A DNA stretch of 32,000 bases from Candidatus Saccharimonadota bacterium (GTDB lineage: Bacteria > Patescibacteriota > Gracilibacteria > UBA4473): positions 180,001 to 212,000 of the forward strand of contig JAUIFI010000001.1 of NCBI GenBank assembly GCA_030429505.1. Direction: 5' to 3'. The position numbers and the translations under genes are program-made. This document shows positions 1 through 7,282 of the stretch, piece after piece (position 1 is the stretch's first letter; every line of letters starts with the position of its first letter). The notes under the pieces are model-generated. The model searched no databases, was not told the origin of the DNA, and saw only the letters and a list, made by a program, of their open reading frames with translations.

Positions 1-1
1 A

Positions 2-322
2 GAACAAGCTTTTGAAGTTGCAAAGTCAAATTGGTGTGACACGGTAGGAGCTGCTTCAATGTATCGTGGCTCACGGTACTTCACAGACAAAAAAACAGAC
101 AAAGAGACATTTCATTCGTCTGCTCCAGGAGAAAATGTTCGTTCAACCCTTGAACTTTGTAATCAGTCTGAACGAGGAAAAAATAATTATCGAAGACGAA
201 GTTTTCAAAAATATTTAGGAGATTATTCTCTTCAAGAACAGAGAGAACACTATAATCAATACACAGAAGAACAAGACGAAAAGTGGCAAAACTCTTTGGA
301 AGACATAGCCGAAAAACAATAA
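2..322 (+). CDS. hypothetical protein, C-terminal part (ORF open to left window edge)
   Basis: The reading frame is open from nt 2, with no stop before the first ATG at 59. It ends at TAA 320-322 and a terminator hairpin follows. No domain recognised. Confidence 0.4.
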   Translation, partial: EQAFEVAKSNWCDTVGAASMYRGSRYFTDKKTDKETFHSSAPGENVRSTLELCNQSERGKNNYRRRSFQKYLGDYSLQEQREHYNQYTEEQDEKWQNSLEDIAEKQ

Positions 323-350
323 ACAAGAAGAAATCATAAAAATAAGAAAA

Positions 351-381
351 AACCTCATGACAACAGAATGGGGTTTTTCTT
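351..381 (+). terminator. intrinsic terminator
   Basis: AACCTCAT (351-358) pairs with ATGGGGTT (368-375): 8 bp including one G-U, with a 9-nt loop. TTTTTCTT follows. Confidence 0.6.
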
Positions 382-408
382 GAAAAAAGAGCTTATTTCT
401 GTTATAAT
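380..408 (+). promoter_or_regulatory. sigma70-like promoter of the MscS gene
   Basis: TTGAAA (380-385), 17-nt spacer, TATAAT (403-408). The ATG is at 430. Confidence 0.55.
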
Positions 409-429
409 GAAAAGATTATATCATTTAAT

Positions 430-1317
430 ATGTGGATAAATATAGCACATGCCGCAGGGGAAGCCACCAGAGAAACCACCAGAGAAGGCGTAGCTCATCT
501 ATCACAAAGCTTTTTTCAAGCAGTCCCACTCTGGATCGCTGCTGGAATTGTTTTCTTTGTTTCATTTATTGTTGCGAGTTTTATTAAAAAGCTCGTTATA
601 TACCGAGTAACATCACAGAATCGTCACAATTTTAATAAAGAAATAATTCTTCTTATCGATCGTTCAGTTTACTTCGGTATTGTACTGCTTGGTACCATTA
701 TTGCGTTTAAAATAGTGGGAATTAATATCACAACCCTCATCGGTTTTCTAGGATTAGGATTGGGTTTCGCTTTTAAGGACTTACTAGCAAATTTTATTGC
801 CGGAGTAGTTATTTTAACTCAAAAGAAATTTCAGATCGGCGATAATGTTGAAGTCGATAACATTATTGGAAAAATTGTTGAAATCGAAACAAGAACCACC
901 CAAATCGAAGATTTTGATGGCACTCTCCATATCGTACCAAACTCAGAAATGCTGACATCAGTCGTACGAAATTTTACCAAAAATTCATTTCGCCGTATTT
1001 CTTTTGAAGTAGGCGTTCATTATGATACTTCTCTCAAAGAAGCTGTAGAACTCACTCTTGCTTCTCTCAAAAAACATCCGGAAGTAGTTGAAAAACCTGT
1101 ATCACACGTACTGGTGACCGAATTTGCAGATTCTGCTATTATACTCGAAGTGCGCTTCTGGATAGAATCACTCGCCCCCTGGCCTTTAATCCGTTCTGCC
1201 ATTATGCAGCAACTCAAAAAAGATTATGATCAAGCCAATATTACGATACCATTCCCCATCAGAACAGTTCATATTGATGCTCCAGAGCAAATCGGAATAA
1301 TGACTTCTCAAAAGTAA
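430..1317 (+). CDS. mechanosensitive ion channel, MscS family
   Basis: N-terminal TM helices are followed by the MscS core GFAFKDLLANFIAGVVILTQKKFQIGDNVEV..GKIVEIETRTTQIEDFDGTLHIVPNSEM. A C-terminal alpha/beta domain follows. Confidence 0.9.
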   Translation: MWINIAHAAGEATRETTREGVAHLSQSFFQAVPLWIAAGIVFFVSFIVASFIKKLVIYRVTSQNRHNFNKEIILLIDRSVYFGIVLLGTIIAFKIVGINITTLIGFLGLGLGFAFKDLLANFIAGVVILTQKKFQIGDNVEVDNIIGKIVEIETRTTQIEDFDGTLHIVPNSEMLTSVVRNFTKNSFRRISFEVGVHYDTSLKEAVELTLASLKKHPEVVEKPVSHVLVTEFADSAIILEVRFWIESLAPWPLIRSAIMQQLKKDYDQANITIPFPIRTVHIDAPEQIGIMTSQK

Positions 1318-1400
1318 ATATTTCCTCAAAAAAAAGACTAAAAAATTTGATTTCATAAAAAGATATGGTACAAAAAGGATGTTCTATCTTTTTTAGATCT

Positions 1401-1787
1401 ATGAAGAAATTTTTACTAGCATTTTCGGTTCTTGTTCCAACTCTTGCCTTTGCCGGTGGATCCGGAAAAGATATATCAGATTTCTCTATTAGCAATATTC
1501 GTACTTCTAATACAAGCGAAATCATGGAAGTGGAAACACTCACGAATACACAAGGAGACATTTATACAAGAAGAAAGAACTTTTCTTCCGCCTCAAGATT
1601 AAAAGACGAATTACTACAAGGTGATGAAGATTTCGAAAATAGACAAGTGAGAGTTTATAATCCAGAGCGACGTCTGTCATCAAATACTGTTGTCAATCGG
1701 GAAATTTCAAGCCAGAACATAGTCGATCAACAACAGAGATTCGCTAACAAAAAACTGGCGCGTTTTAGATTTCTAAGAGGACGTTAG
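1401..1787 (+). CDS. small secreted hypothetical protein
   Basis: The ORF track starts at 1365, but the ATG at 1401 gives a classic signal peptide, MKKFLLAFSVLVPTLAFAGG. No domain recognised. Confidence 0.55.
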   Translation: MKKFLLAFSVLVPTLAFAGGSGKDISDFSISNIRTSNTSEIMEVETLTNTQGDIYTRRKNFSSASRLKDELLQGDEDFENRQVRVYNPERRLSSNTVVNREISSQNIVDQQQRFANKKLARFRFLRGR

Positions 1788-1816
1788 ATTAGGTCGAATA
1801 TCGAAAAAACCTAAAG

Positions 1817-2194
1817 TCATGACTCCTTCTCGTAATTGAGAAGCCATTGTTTAATATCCAAACCCCAAGCATACCCTCCGAGTCCTCCATTCGAGTGAAG
1901 CACTCTGTGACAAGGGATAATGAGTGGTAATCGGTTTTTTCGCATAATATTCCCCACAGCTCGAGCGGCTCTAGGCGAACCAGCTTTTTCAGCTAGTTTT
2001 TTATACGTGGTAGTCTCTCCAAAAGGAACATCAAACGTCGCCTGCAGTACCTGCCCTTCAAAGGTACTTGTATCAAGCTTGGGGCGAGAAAAATGTTTCC
2101 GTTTTCCTTCTAAATATTCTTTAATCTCTGCCAGAGCATTCTCTGATAAAGGAAGTATCATAAGTCTTTGGAGAAGCGTTGTGGGATAGTTCAT
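1817..2194 (-). CDS. ogt: methylated-DNA--protein-cysteine methyltransferase (short, C-terminal domain type)
   Basis: Active-site IPCHRV is present, preceded by the HTH segment TYKKLAEKAGSPRAARAVGNIMRKN. At 125 aa it has a minimal N-terminal domain. Confidence 0.85.
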   Translation of the reverse strand: MNYPTTLLQRLMILPLSENALAEIKEYLEGKRKHFSRPKLDTSTFEGQVLQATFDVPFGETTTYKKLAEKAGSPRAARAVGNIMRKNRLPLIIPCHRVLHSNGGLGGYAWGLDIKQWLLNYEKES

Positions 2195-2202
2195 AAAAAA
2201 AG

Positions 2203-2775
2203 TTATTTATGAGTACCTCGTTCCAGCATTTGATCCAAAAGTACTCGCTCTTCAGAAGAAAAGCAAGTGACCGCTATACTAGGATTATGAGTAAATGAAA
2301 GAGGAGTATTTTGAGTTTTGGACAGCGTCAAGGCACACGCTCGATGTGTACCTTCAAAGCACACCATCTTTTCTTCATCTTCTATGAAAATCCCAATCAT
2401 TTCTGTTGGTTGTGGGAAGTTTTTCATTATTTGAACAATTTTAGTATTCATGCTGAGGGTGTCATAATGTTTTTCAATTAAATCTTGAAAAGTATGGATA
2501 TTTTTTTTCTCAAAATAAGCTTGCCATCCTCGGAAAGGACCGACTAAAAATTGCGGAATAACCTCATTTGGTTTCGTAATTGTATAGAGTTTCCAAGGTC
2601 TCTGTGAAGCCTGAAATGCTTCAGATGCAAACCTCCGCCAATTTTCCCAATTCGACCATTTTTTGACTTTTGTCGCGCACTCTGTCCATTCTTCTCGACT
2701 TCCTTCTTGTTTTTGCCAACGACCAAAAACCTCTTCCCATGATATATCTTGGATAAATTGTAAAGAAGAAAGCAT
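2203..2775 (-). CDS. hypothetical protein, possible ParB/Srx-like fold at C-terminus
   Basis: 190-aa ORF 8 nt upstream of ogt on the same strand. The segment PTEMIGIFIEDEEKMVCFEGTHRACALTL resembles the P-x-V..(D/E)G-x-HR-x-x-A pattern of ParB-like nuclease domains. The match is by eye only. Confidence 0.65.
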   Translation of the reverse strand: MLSSLQFIQDISWEEVFGRWQKQEGSREEWTECATKVKKWSNWENWRRFASEAFQASQRPWKLYTITKPNEVIPQFLVGPFRGWQAYFEKKNIHTFQDLIEKHYDTLSMNTKIVQIMKNFPQPTEMIGIFIEDEEKMVCFEGTHRACALTLSKTQNTPLSFTHNPSIAVTCFSSEERVLLDQMLERGTHK

Positions 2776-2805
2776 TATGGAAGTATAAAGAATAAGACTA
2801 GTTTA

Positions 2806-2890
2806 TGGTGCCGAGAGAGGGAATCGAACCCTCACGCCTTGCGGCACACGATTTTGAGTCGTGCGCGTCTACCAGTTCCGCCATCTCGGC
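2806..2890 (-). tRNA. tRNA-Leu (anticodon CAA)
   Basis: The reverse complement is GCCGAGATGGCGGAACTGGTAGACGCGCACGACTCAAAATCGTGTGCCGCAAGGCGTGAGGGTTCGATTCCCTCTCTCGGCACCA. It has a 7-bp acceptor stem, anticodon loop CUCAAAA, a long variable arm, a GGTTCGATTCC T-arm and encoded CCA. Confidence 0.93.
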
Positions 2891-3050
2891 TTCGTCTACT
2901 TATAATGATTTGTCCTGACAATAAATCATTTCCACCGTAATCCCATTCTCTCATATTCTGTAGTGAAGACTCCAAAATATGTATTGAGTACCTAAAAAAG
3001 CCTGCAAAGTCTACGAAATATGAAAAAACGGTCAAGGAAAGAAAGAAATA

Positions 3051-4037
3051 TTAGTCCTGAATAATCTTCCACTTAATTTCTTTCTGCAAGTGTCCACCCT
3101 TGACCATAAATCCAGACGCTTTGATATGCCCCCCACCTCCAAATTGCTCAGCCAAAGCTTTGACATCCACATCTTGTTTTCGAGTTCTCAGAGATGCTTT
3201 TACATTCCCTTTTTCATCCTCTGACAAAAGTACAGAATATTTAGCCTCTGGCATAGAGTTGATGAAGTCAATAACCCCCGTCAAATCTTCACGTTTCGCT
3301 CCCAAGGATTCATAATCTTTTCGAGAAACTCCCACAATCGCAGCCCCTTCAGGAGTTAAATATAAGTTTTGTAGCACGCGACTCCATAATTTCAGCATAG
3401 TTGGTTCATGAGACTGAAACACCTTTTTTGCTATTTGCGAAGCATTTGCCCCTAATCTTAAAAGTTGACCAGCTACATCATACGTTGCTGAAGTAGTATT
3501 CTGATGCATAAAAGATCCTGTATCAGTATAAAGACCTAACAATAAACATGTCGCGATTTGGGGAGTTATTTTGGCTCTTAAGCCTTGTAGAAGGTGAAAA
3601 ATAATTTGTGTCGAAGAGGACGCATGTGTAACTACAAAATTTATATCTCCAAAAGAATCATTTGAAGGGTGATGGTCAATATTTATCTTTATCATTTCCC
3701 CTGAAAGAATTCGAGGCTTATCTTCTTCGAAACGAGTCATGGTTCTACTTCCACAATCAACGAAACAAACCGCATCAAAAGATTTTTCGTCAAAATCACT
3801 CTTCATATGTTCCTCAAAAGGAATGAAATGAAACGCATCTGGCACCGGATCTAAACAAGCTACCGAGACATCCACTCCCAGAGATTTTAATCCTGCGAAA
3901 AGTCCCAAGCTTGAACCAACAGCATCTCCATCTGGATTGGCATGCGTGAGAATAATAAGCTTCGGTTTTTGTCTCACAAGATAGTCTTGTAACTTTTGTA
4001 ATTCCGATTCATTAATAAATGATTGATTCATATTCAT
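3051..4037 (-). CDS. nrnA: DHH/DHHA1 family phosphoesterase (NrnA-like oligoribonuclease/pAp phosphatase)
   Basis: DHH motifs are THANPDGDAVGS, DCGS and NIDHHPSN. The DHHA1 motif is GGGGHIKASG. Length is 328 aa. Confidence 0.85.
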   Translation of the reverse strand: MNMNQSFINESELQKLQDYLVRQKPKLIILTHANPDGDAVGSSLGLFAGLKSLGVDVSVACLDPVPDAFHFIPFEEHMKSDFDEKSFDAVCFVDCGSRTMTRFEEDKPRILSGEMIKINIDHHPSNDSFGDINFVVTHASSSTQIIFHLLQGLRAKITPQIATCLLLGLYTDTGSFMHQNTTSATYDVAGQLLRLGANASQIAKKVFQSHEPTMLKLWSRVLQNLYLTPEGAAIVGVSRKDYESLGAKREDLTGVIDFINSMPEAKYSVLLSEDEKGNVKASLRTRKQDVDVKALAEQFGGGGHIKASGFMVKGGHLQKEIKWKIIQD

Positions 4038-4064
4038 AAGATTTTGAAACGTTGATTATTTGAT

Positions 4065-4093
4065 ATTATAAAATATAAAACAAAAAAAGTCAA
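4065..4093 (-). promoter_or_regulatory. sigma70-like promoter of the nrnA-like gene
   Basis: On the minus strand: TTGACT (4093->4088), 17-nt spacer, TATAAT (4070->4065). Confidence 0.55.
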
Positions 4094-4159
4094 TTAAATT
4101 GCCATTCTTACCATAACTAAGTGTTTAATAAAATATGTAAAAAATAAAATCAAGGCAAA

Positions 4160-4171
4160 TTGTGATCACAA
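4160..4171. promoter_or_regulatory. perfect 12-bp palindrome, possible operator
   Basis: TTGTGATCACAA is self-complementary. It lies 2 nt upstream of a TTGACT -35-like hexamer (4174-4179) in front of the DUF378 gene. Confidence 0.3.
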
Positions 4172-4232
4172 AATTGACTCTTAAATCAATTATTCTCACA
4201 ATAGAAGCACAACATCTCTTAACCACTTTAAT

Positions 4233-4442
4233 ATGAAAAGCTGTTGTGATTCTGGTGTCGGAAAGGTAGCTTACGTCCTCGTGCTCATTGGAGCTCTCAA
4301 TTGGGGATTAACTGCTATCGGTTTCAATCTGGTAAATATGCTCTTCGGAAGCATGCCAGGAATTGAAACAACAATCTACGCACTCGTAGGAATATCTGCG
4401 GTGTATATGATTGTTATGTCTATTCAAAGCTGCGGTAAGTAA
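4233..4442 (+). CDS. DUF378-type small membrane protein
   Basis: 69 aa with two TM helices. It carries the IGALNWGL signature typical of DUF378. Confidence 0.8.
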   Translation: MKSCCDSGVGKVAYVLVLIGALNWGLTAIGFNLVNMLFGSMPGIETTIYALVGISAVYMIVMSIQSCGK

Positions 4443-4491
4443 CAAAACAAGTAAGGATCTTACACGAACAAAAACACACATAAAAAAAGAA

Positions 4492-4516
4492 GAAAGTCTG
4501 TATAACAGGCTTTTTT
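4492..4516. terminator. bidirectional intrinsic terminator between convergent genes
   Basis: GTCTGT (4496-4501) pairs with ACAGGC (4505-4510). An A-tract upstream and TTTTTT downstream extend the stem. Confidence 0.6.
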
Positions 4517-4526
4517 CTGCCGAAAA

Positions 4527-5516
4527 CTATTCTGAAAAAAGAGGAGTGTCAGAACCACGAAACCCTAACAATATCTCATGAATAAGAGATGATAGGTTTT
4601 GCGCAAAAGGAGCAATGCTGGAAGATGCCTGCATCGCACGTTGTGCTTGTTTCTCAGCCAAAAAAAGATTTTCAATCGCTGCTAAATGTTTTTGGAACTT
4701 CAGAGCCTGAAGACTATCAGAAAAATGAGTGAGAGCGAATGATATTGCATTTGCCGCTACAGCATTTTTATCATTCTGAGATCGCGTCATGCGATCAGTC
4801 AGATCAATAATAGATTGAAGATGGAGCATTGCTTTATCTTTTTCACCGGCTCGAAGGAATGTCATAAACTGTTGAATTCTTGCTTGAAGCTCAACAAAAA
4901 TTTTGGTCACATTATCTCCATGAAAAAGTCTCAATTGACGAAAAGTCATAATCGCAACTTCTCGGCGGGATACCAATTTATGAGGTCGATACATCCCATC
5001 AGAAGGGAGTTGTGTTATCTGAAATTGGTCTGCATACGCAAAATGCGGTGCATACCAAGCATCTTCAGGAATATCATGCGCTAGATCTTTCGTTCGAGAA
5101 AAATAGTTACGAAAATCAACTTGAGTCGCCCGAAATAAAAATGCCAAAAACTCTGCTTTGGTAGTTGTTGCTTCAGGGCGAAAACGATTTGACTGAGCCA
5201 AAATTGCCTTTGTTTCCACCGCTCTCCCGACCACCGGTGCATACCATGCATTTGGATCTACATCTACAAAAGGAATCGCTCCTTCAAAGGTCGTTGGGAT
5301 AGCAATCCCGCCTGCTCGTAACGCAATCACCAACGCCTCAGCTCGAGTCAAAAGCTTCTCAGGATGAAAATTTCCATCCTCAAAAGAATGCATAATGCCC
5401 ACATCATTCAAATGCTGAAAAATATATCCATGAGGGTCATCTACTGTGATATCAAAAAAAGCCAGACTGGAAAAACAAGGAAAGCAAAGCAATGCACCCC
5501 AGAGAAATCTTTTCAT
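4527..5516 (-). CDS. secreted protein with three N-terminal SLH (S-layer homology) domains
   Basis: The start at ATG 5516 gives the signal peptide MKRFLWGALLCFPCFSSLAFF. Three SLH-like repeats follow: F-D...GI..F.DGNFHPEKLLTRAEAL; FVDVDPNAWYAP...FRPEATTTKAEF; IPEDAWYAP...YRPHKLVSRREV. The C-terminal half is helical. Confidence 0.8.
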   Translation of the reverse strand: MKRFLWGALLCFPCFSSLAFFDITVDDPHGYIFQHLNDVGIMHSFEDGNFHPEKLLTRAEALVIALRAGGIAIPTTFEGAIPFVDVDPNAWYAPVVGRAVETKAILAQSNRFRPEATTTKAEFLAFLFRATQVDFRNYFSRTKDLAHDIPEDAWYAPHFAYADQFQITQLPSDGMYRPHKLVSRREVAIMTFRQLRLFHGDNVTKIFVELQARIQQFMTFLRAGEKDKAMLHLQSIIDLTDRMTRSQNDKNAVAANAISFALTHFSDSLQALKFQKHLAAIENLFLAEKQAQRAMQASSSIAPFAQNLSSLIHEILLGFRGSDTPLFSE

Positions 5517-5524
5517 CACTTTGT

Positions 5525-5552
5525 AGTATAAAAAGAACGATAGCACGGTCAA
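5525..5552 (-). promoter_or_regulatory. sigma70-like promoter immediately upstream of the SLH gene ATG
   Basis: On the minus strand: TTGACC (5552->5547), 16-nt spacer, TATACT (5530->5525). Only 8 nt separate it from ATG 5516. Confidence 0.45.
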
Positions 5553-5573
5553 CTATAACACACAGGAGGAAAT

Positions 5574-5614
5574 AAAAAAAACGCTCCAGAGTCATTGCCG
5601 GCTGACTCTGGAGC
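5574..5614 (-). terminator. strong intrinsic terminator (minus strand)
   Basis: Perfect 12-bp stem GCTCCAGAGTCA (5583-5594) / TGACTCTGGAGC (5603-5614) with an 8-nt loop. On the minus strand, G plus eight U (5581->5574) follow. Confidence 0.85.
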
Positions 5615-5831
5615 TAATATATGTTTTCACCGCCGGGGTGATGGTTCTGCCTTGTCTAAGCTCGTTTCAAATATGGAGCAGGATAGTAAGGCAGTCACCA
5701 AGTCGAAACTAAGTCATAACTCCCTCCTTTTGGGCATGTTTTGGTTAAGTTTCTAACTGAGACTTACGTGAAGTCTCAGGTCTTCTGATGTCTTAAAAGC
5801 ATCTGAACTTATTAAGACTTTTGATGAAGAC
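5574..5831 (-). ncRNA. candidate ~255-nt structured small RNA or leader, unknown family
   Basis: It runs from a promoter-like motif at 5837-5865 to the terminator at 5574-5614. It contains three further hairpins (5780-5831, 5757-5779, 5637-5699). It is visibly GC-richer than its surroundings and has no ORF above about 25 codons. Confidence 0.55.
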
Positions 5832-5836
5832 AATCT

Positions 5837-5865
5837 ATTTATAATGTATTTTGTTTTTTTGTCAA
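5837..5865 (-). promoter_or_regulatory. sigma70-like promoter of the candidate sRNA
   Basis: On the minus strand: TTGACA (5865->5860), 16/17-nt spacer, TATAAAT (5843->5837). Confidence 0.5.
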
Positions 5866-6057
5866 ATGTTTTTTAGACTTTTTTTATAAAAAGCTCATTT
5901 CTGTTTTTATTTAAACTTCTAACACACGAAAAAATAGACGTTAAGCTTTTGTACACAATTTTTCCTCAAAAGATACTTTACCATAGACTATAAAAAAGGA
6001 AATGTATTTTTATTGATTTCTATCATTCTTTTTCGTATCTATTAAGATGAATTCGAA

Positions 6058-7215
6058 ATGAAAAAAATAATCTCCATTTTTATTCTTGGGATAGGAAGCT
6101 TTATTTCAGACGTTTTAGGCGTAAAAATAGAGGGAGAACCCTATATGTTTACCATCACTGGATATTATTCTCCACTTCCAAATCAACCTTTTTATATTAC
6201 TGGGAGTTATGAATCAGAAATCCGCCTCAATGGATCAGGAGTCAGAGGTGCTGATGGCACTCCAGTTTACGCTGGAATGATTGCAGCGCCTCCCAATTAC
6301 GCTTTTGGTACCAAAATTTGCCTTCCTAATCTTGGATGTGGTGCGGTCAATGATCGAGGAGGAGCCATCGTGAAAAAAGGGAAGAGAGCATTAGCTCGAC
6401 ATGATCGACTCGATGTATGGATGGGATATGGAGAGGAGGGGCTTCTTCGTGCTTTAGCCTATGGTGTTCAACATGTTGAAGGACAAGTCTTTCCCAAGGA
6501 ATCTAGCGTGCAAATAGCCATGAATTTTGAAGTTCCACCAAGTCTCCATGAAATTATTGATCTTCCTAATAGACCTATCTTTGACCAAAATCTCGTTATG
6601 GGAGGAAGTGGAGATAAAGTAGCCTCTCTTCAAAAAGCTCTCAATGCGCTAAGTTTGTATGAAGGATTACAAGACGGAATATTTAATGACACTTTGAAAA
6701 ATGCAGTTTTTGAGTTTCAAAAAAGACATTTTATCGTTGAAAACGAAAACTCCCTTGGAGCAGGAATATTCGGACCACAAACTCGATCAAAACTCACCTC
6801 GGTCCTCTATAAAAAGCAAGTCCAGGATCAAATAAAAATGGCTTGGGATGAATTTCATTTCAACGACGAAATTCAGCAAGGAAAGCGAAACGGTGATGTA
6901 TTCCGACTCCAGCAAGTATTAGTACAGGAAGAATTTATGGATGTACATCCAACCGGTTATTTTGGTCCTGTCACAAAAGGAGCCCTTATCGATTTTCAAT
7001 TAGCCCACAATATCATTAAAACATCAAACAGTCCTGGTGCTGGCAGAGTTGGTCCATCTACACAAAAAAAACTCAACGAACTGTTAGAAGAGAAAAAAGC
7101 CATTGCCGCTCAAGAAAAACAAAAAATAATCGCCTACCAAAAGAAAAGACAAAATTTCAACCAATTAGCCGGTAAAAATAACACTCCAAAAAACATTTTT
7201 GCTCAAAAAAATTAA
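6058..7215 (+). CDS. cell-wall protein: 3D domain plus two peptidoglycan-binding (PG_binding_1) repeats
   Basis: N-terminal anchor or signal sequence. The 3D-like region is TGYYSP...GSGVRGADGTPVYAGMIAAP..FGTKI...VNDRGGAI...DVWMG. Two repeats follow, with GD.V..LQ..L.....G.FG..T..A...FQ. Confidence 0.85.
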   Translation: MKKIISIFILGIGSFISDVLGVKIEGEPYMFTITGYYSPLPNQPFYITGSYESEIRLNGSGVRGADGTPVYAGMIAAPPNYAFGTKICLPNLGCGAVNDRGGAIVKKGKRALARHDRLDVWMGYGEEGLLRALAYGVQHVEGQVFPKESSVQIAMNFEVPPSLHEIIDLPNRPIFDQNLVMGGSGDKVASLQKALNALSLYEGLQDGIFNDTLKNAVFEFQKRHFIVENENSLGAGIFGPQTRSKLTSVLYKKQVQDQIKMAWDEFHFNDEIQQGKRNGDVFRLQQVLVQEEFMDVHPTGYFGPVTKGALIDFQLAHNIIKTSNSPGAGRVGPSTQKKLNELLEEKKAIAAQEKQKIIAYQKKRQNFNQLAGKNNTPKNIFAQKN

Positions 7216-7221
7216 ATATAT

Positions 7222-7249
7222 TCCATTTCAAAATGGATTTGATTTTTTT
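7222..7249 (+). terminator. weak AT-rich terminator
   Basis: TCCATT/AATGGA hairpin (7222-7237) followed by TTTGATTTTTTT. Confidence 0.4.
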
Positions 7250-7282
7250 AAAAGAATCTTAATACTACCCAAGTACTGAACA

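Noticed and set aside
2832-3035. 67-aa minus-strand ORF.
   Set aside because: It overlaps tRNA-Leu (2806-2890) on the same strand and has no coding features.
5637-5699. SRP (4.5S/scRNA) RNA. On the plus strand the hairpin reads CUGCCUU..GGAGCAGGAUAGUAAGGCAG, superficially like the E. coli GGAAGCAGCCAAGGCAG helix-8 strand.
   Set aside because: The universal helix-8 features are missing: there is no GNAR tetraloop (the apical loop is about 12 nt) and no AGCA/AGG symmetric-loop arrangement. The clean terminator is also on the opposite strand.
5615-6057. c-di-AMP (ydaO-type) riboswitch upstream of the 3D-domain cell-wall gene. The gene class is a typical target, and GGGGUGAUGG resembles the GGGGUGAAUCC element.
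   Set aside because: Only one short partial match is present. The paired ACGGGG/CCCA-type elements and the AGCUAACCUCGUAAGC-like segment are absent. The element is about 400 nt from the ATG, and the promoter and terminator signals point to the minus strand.
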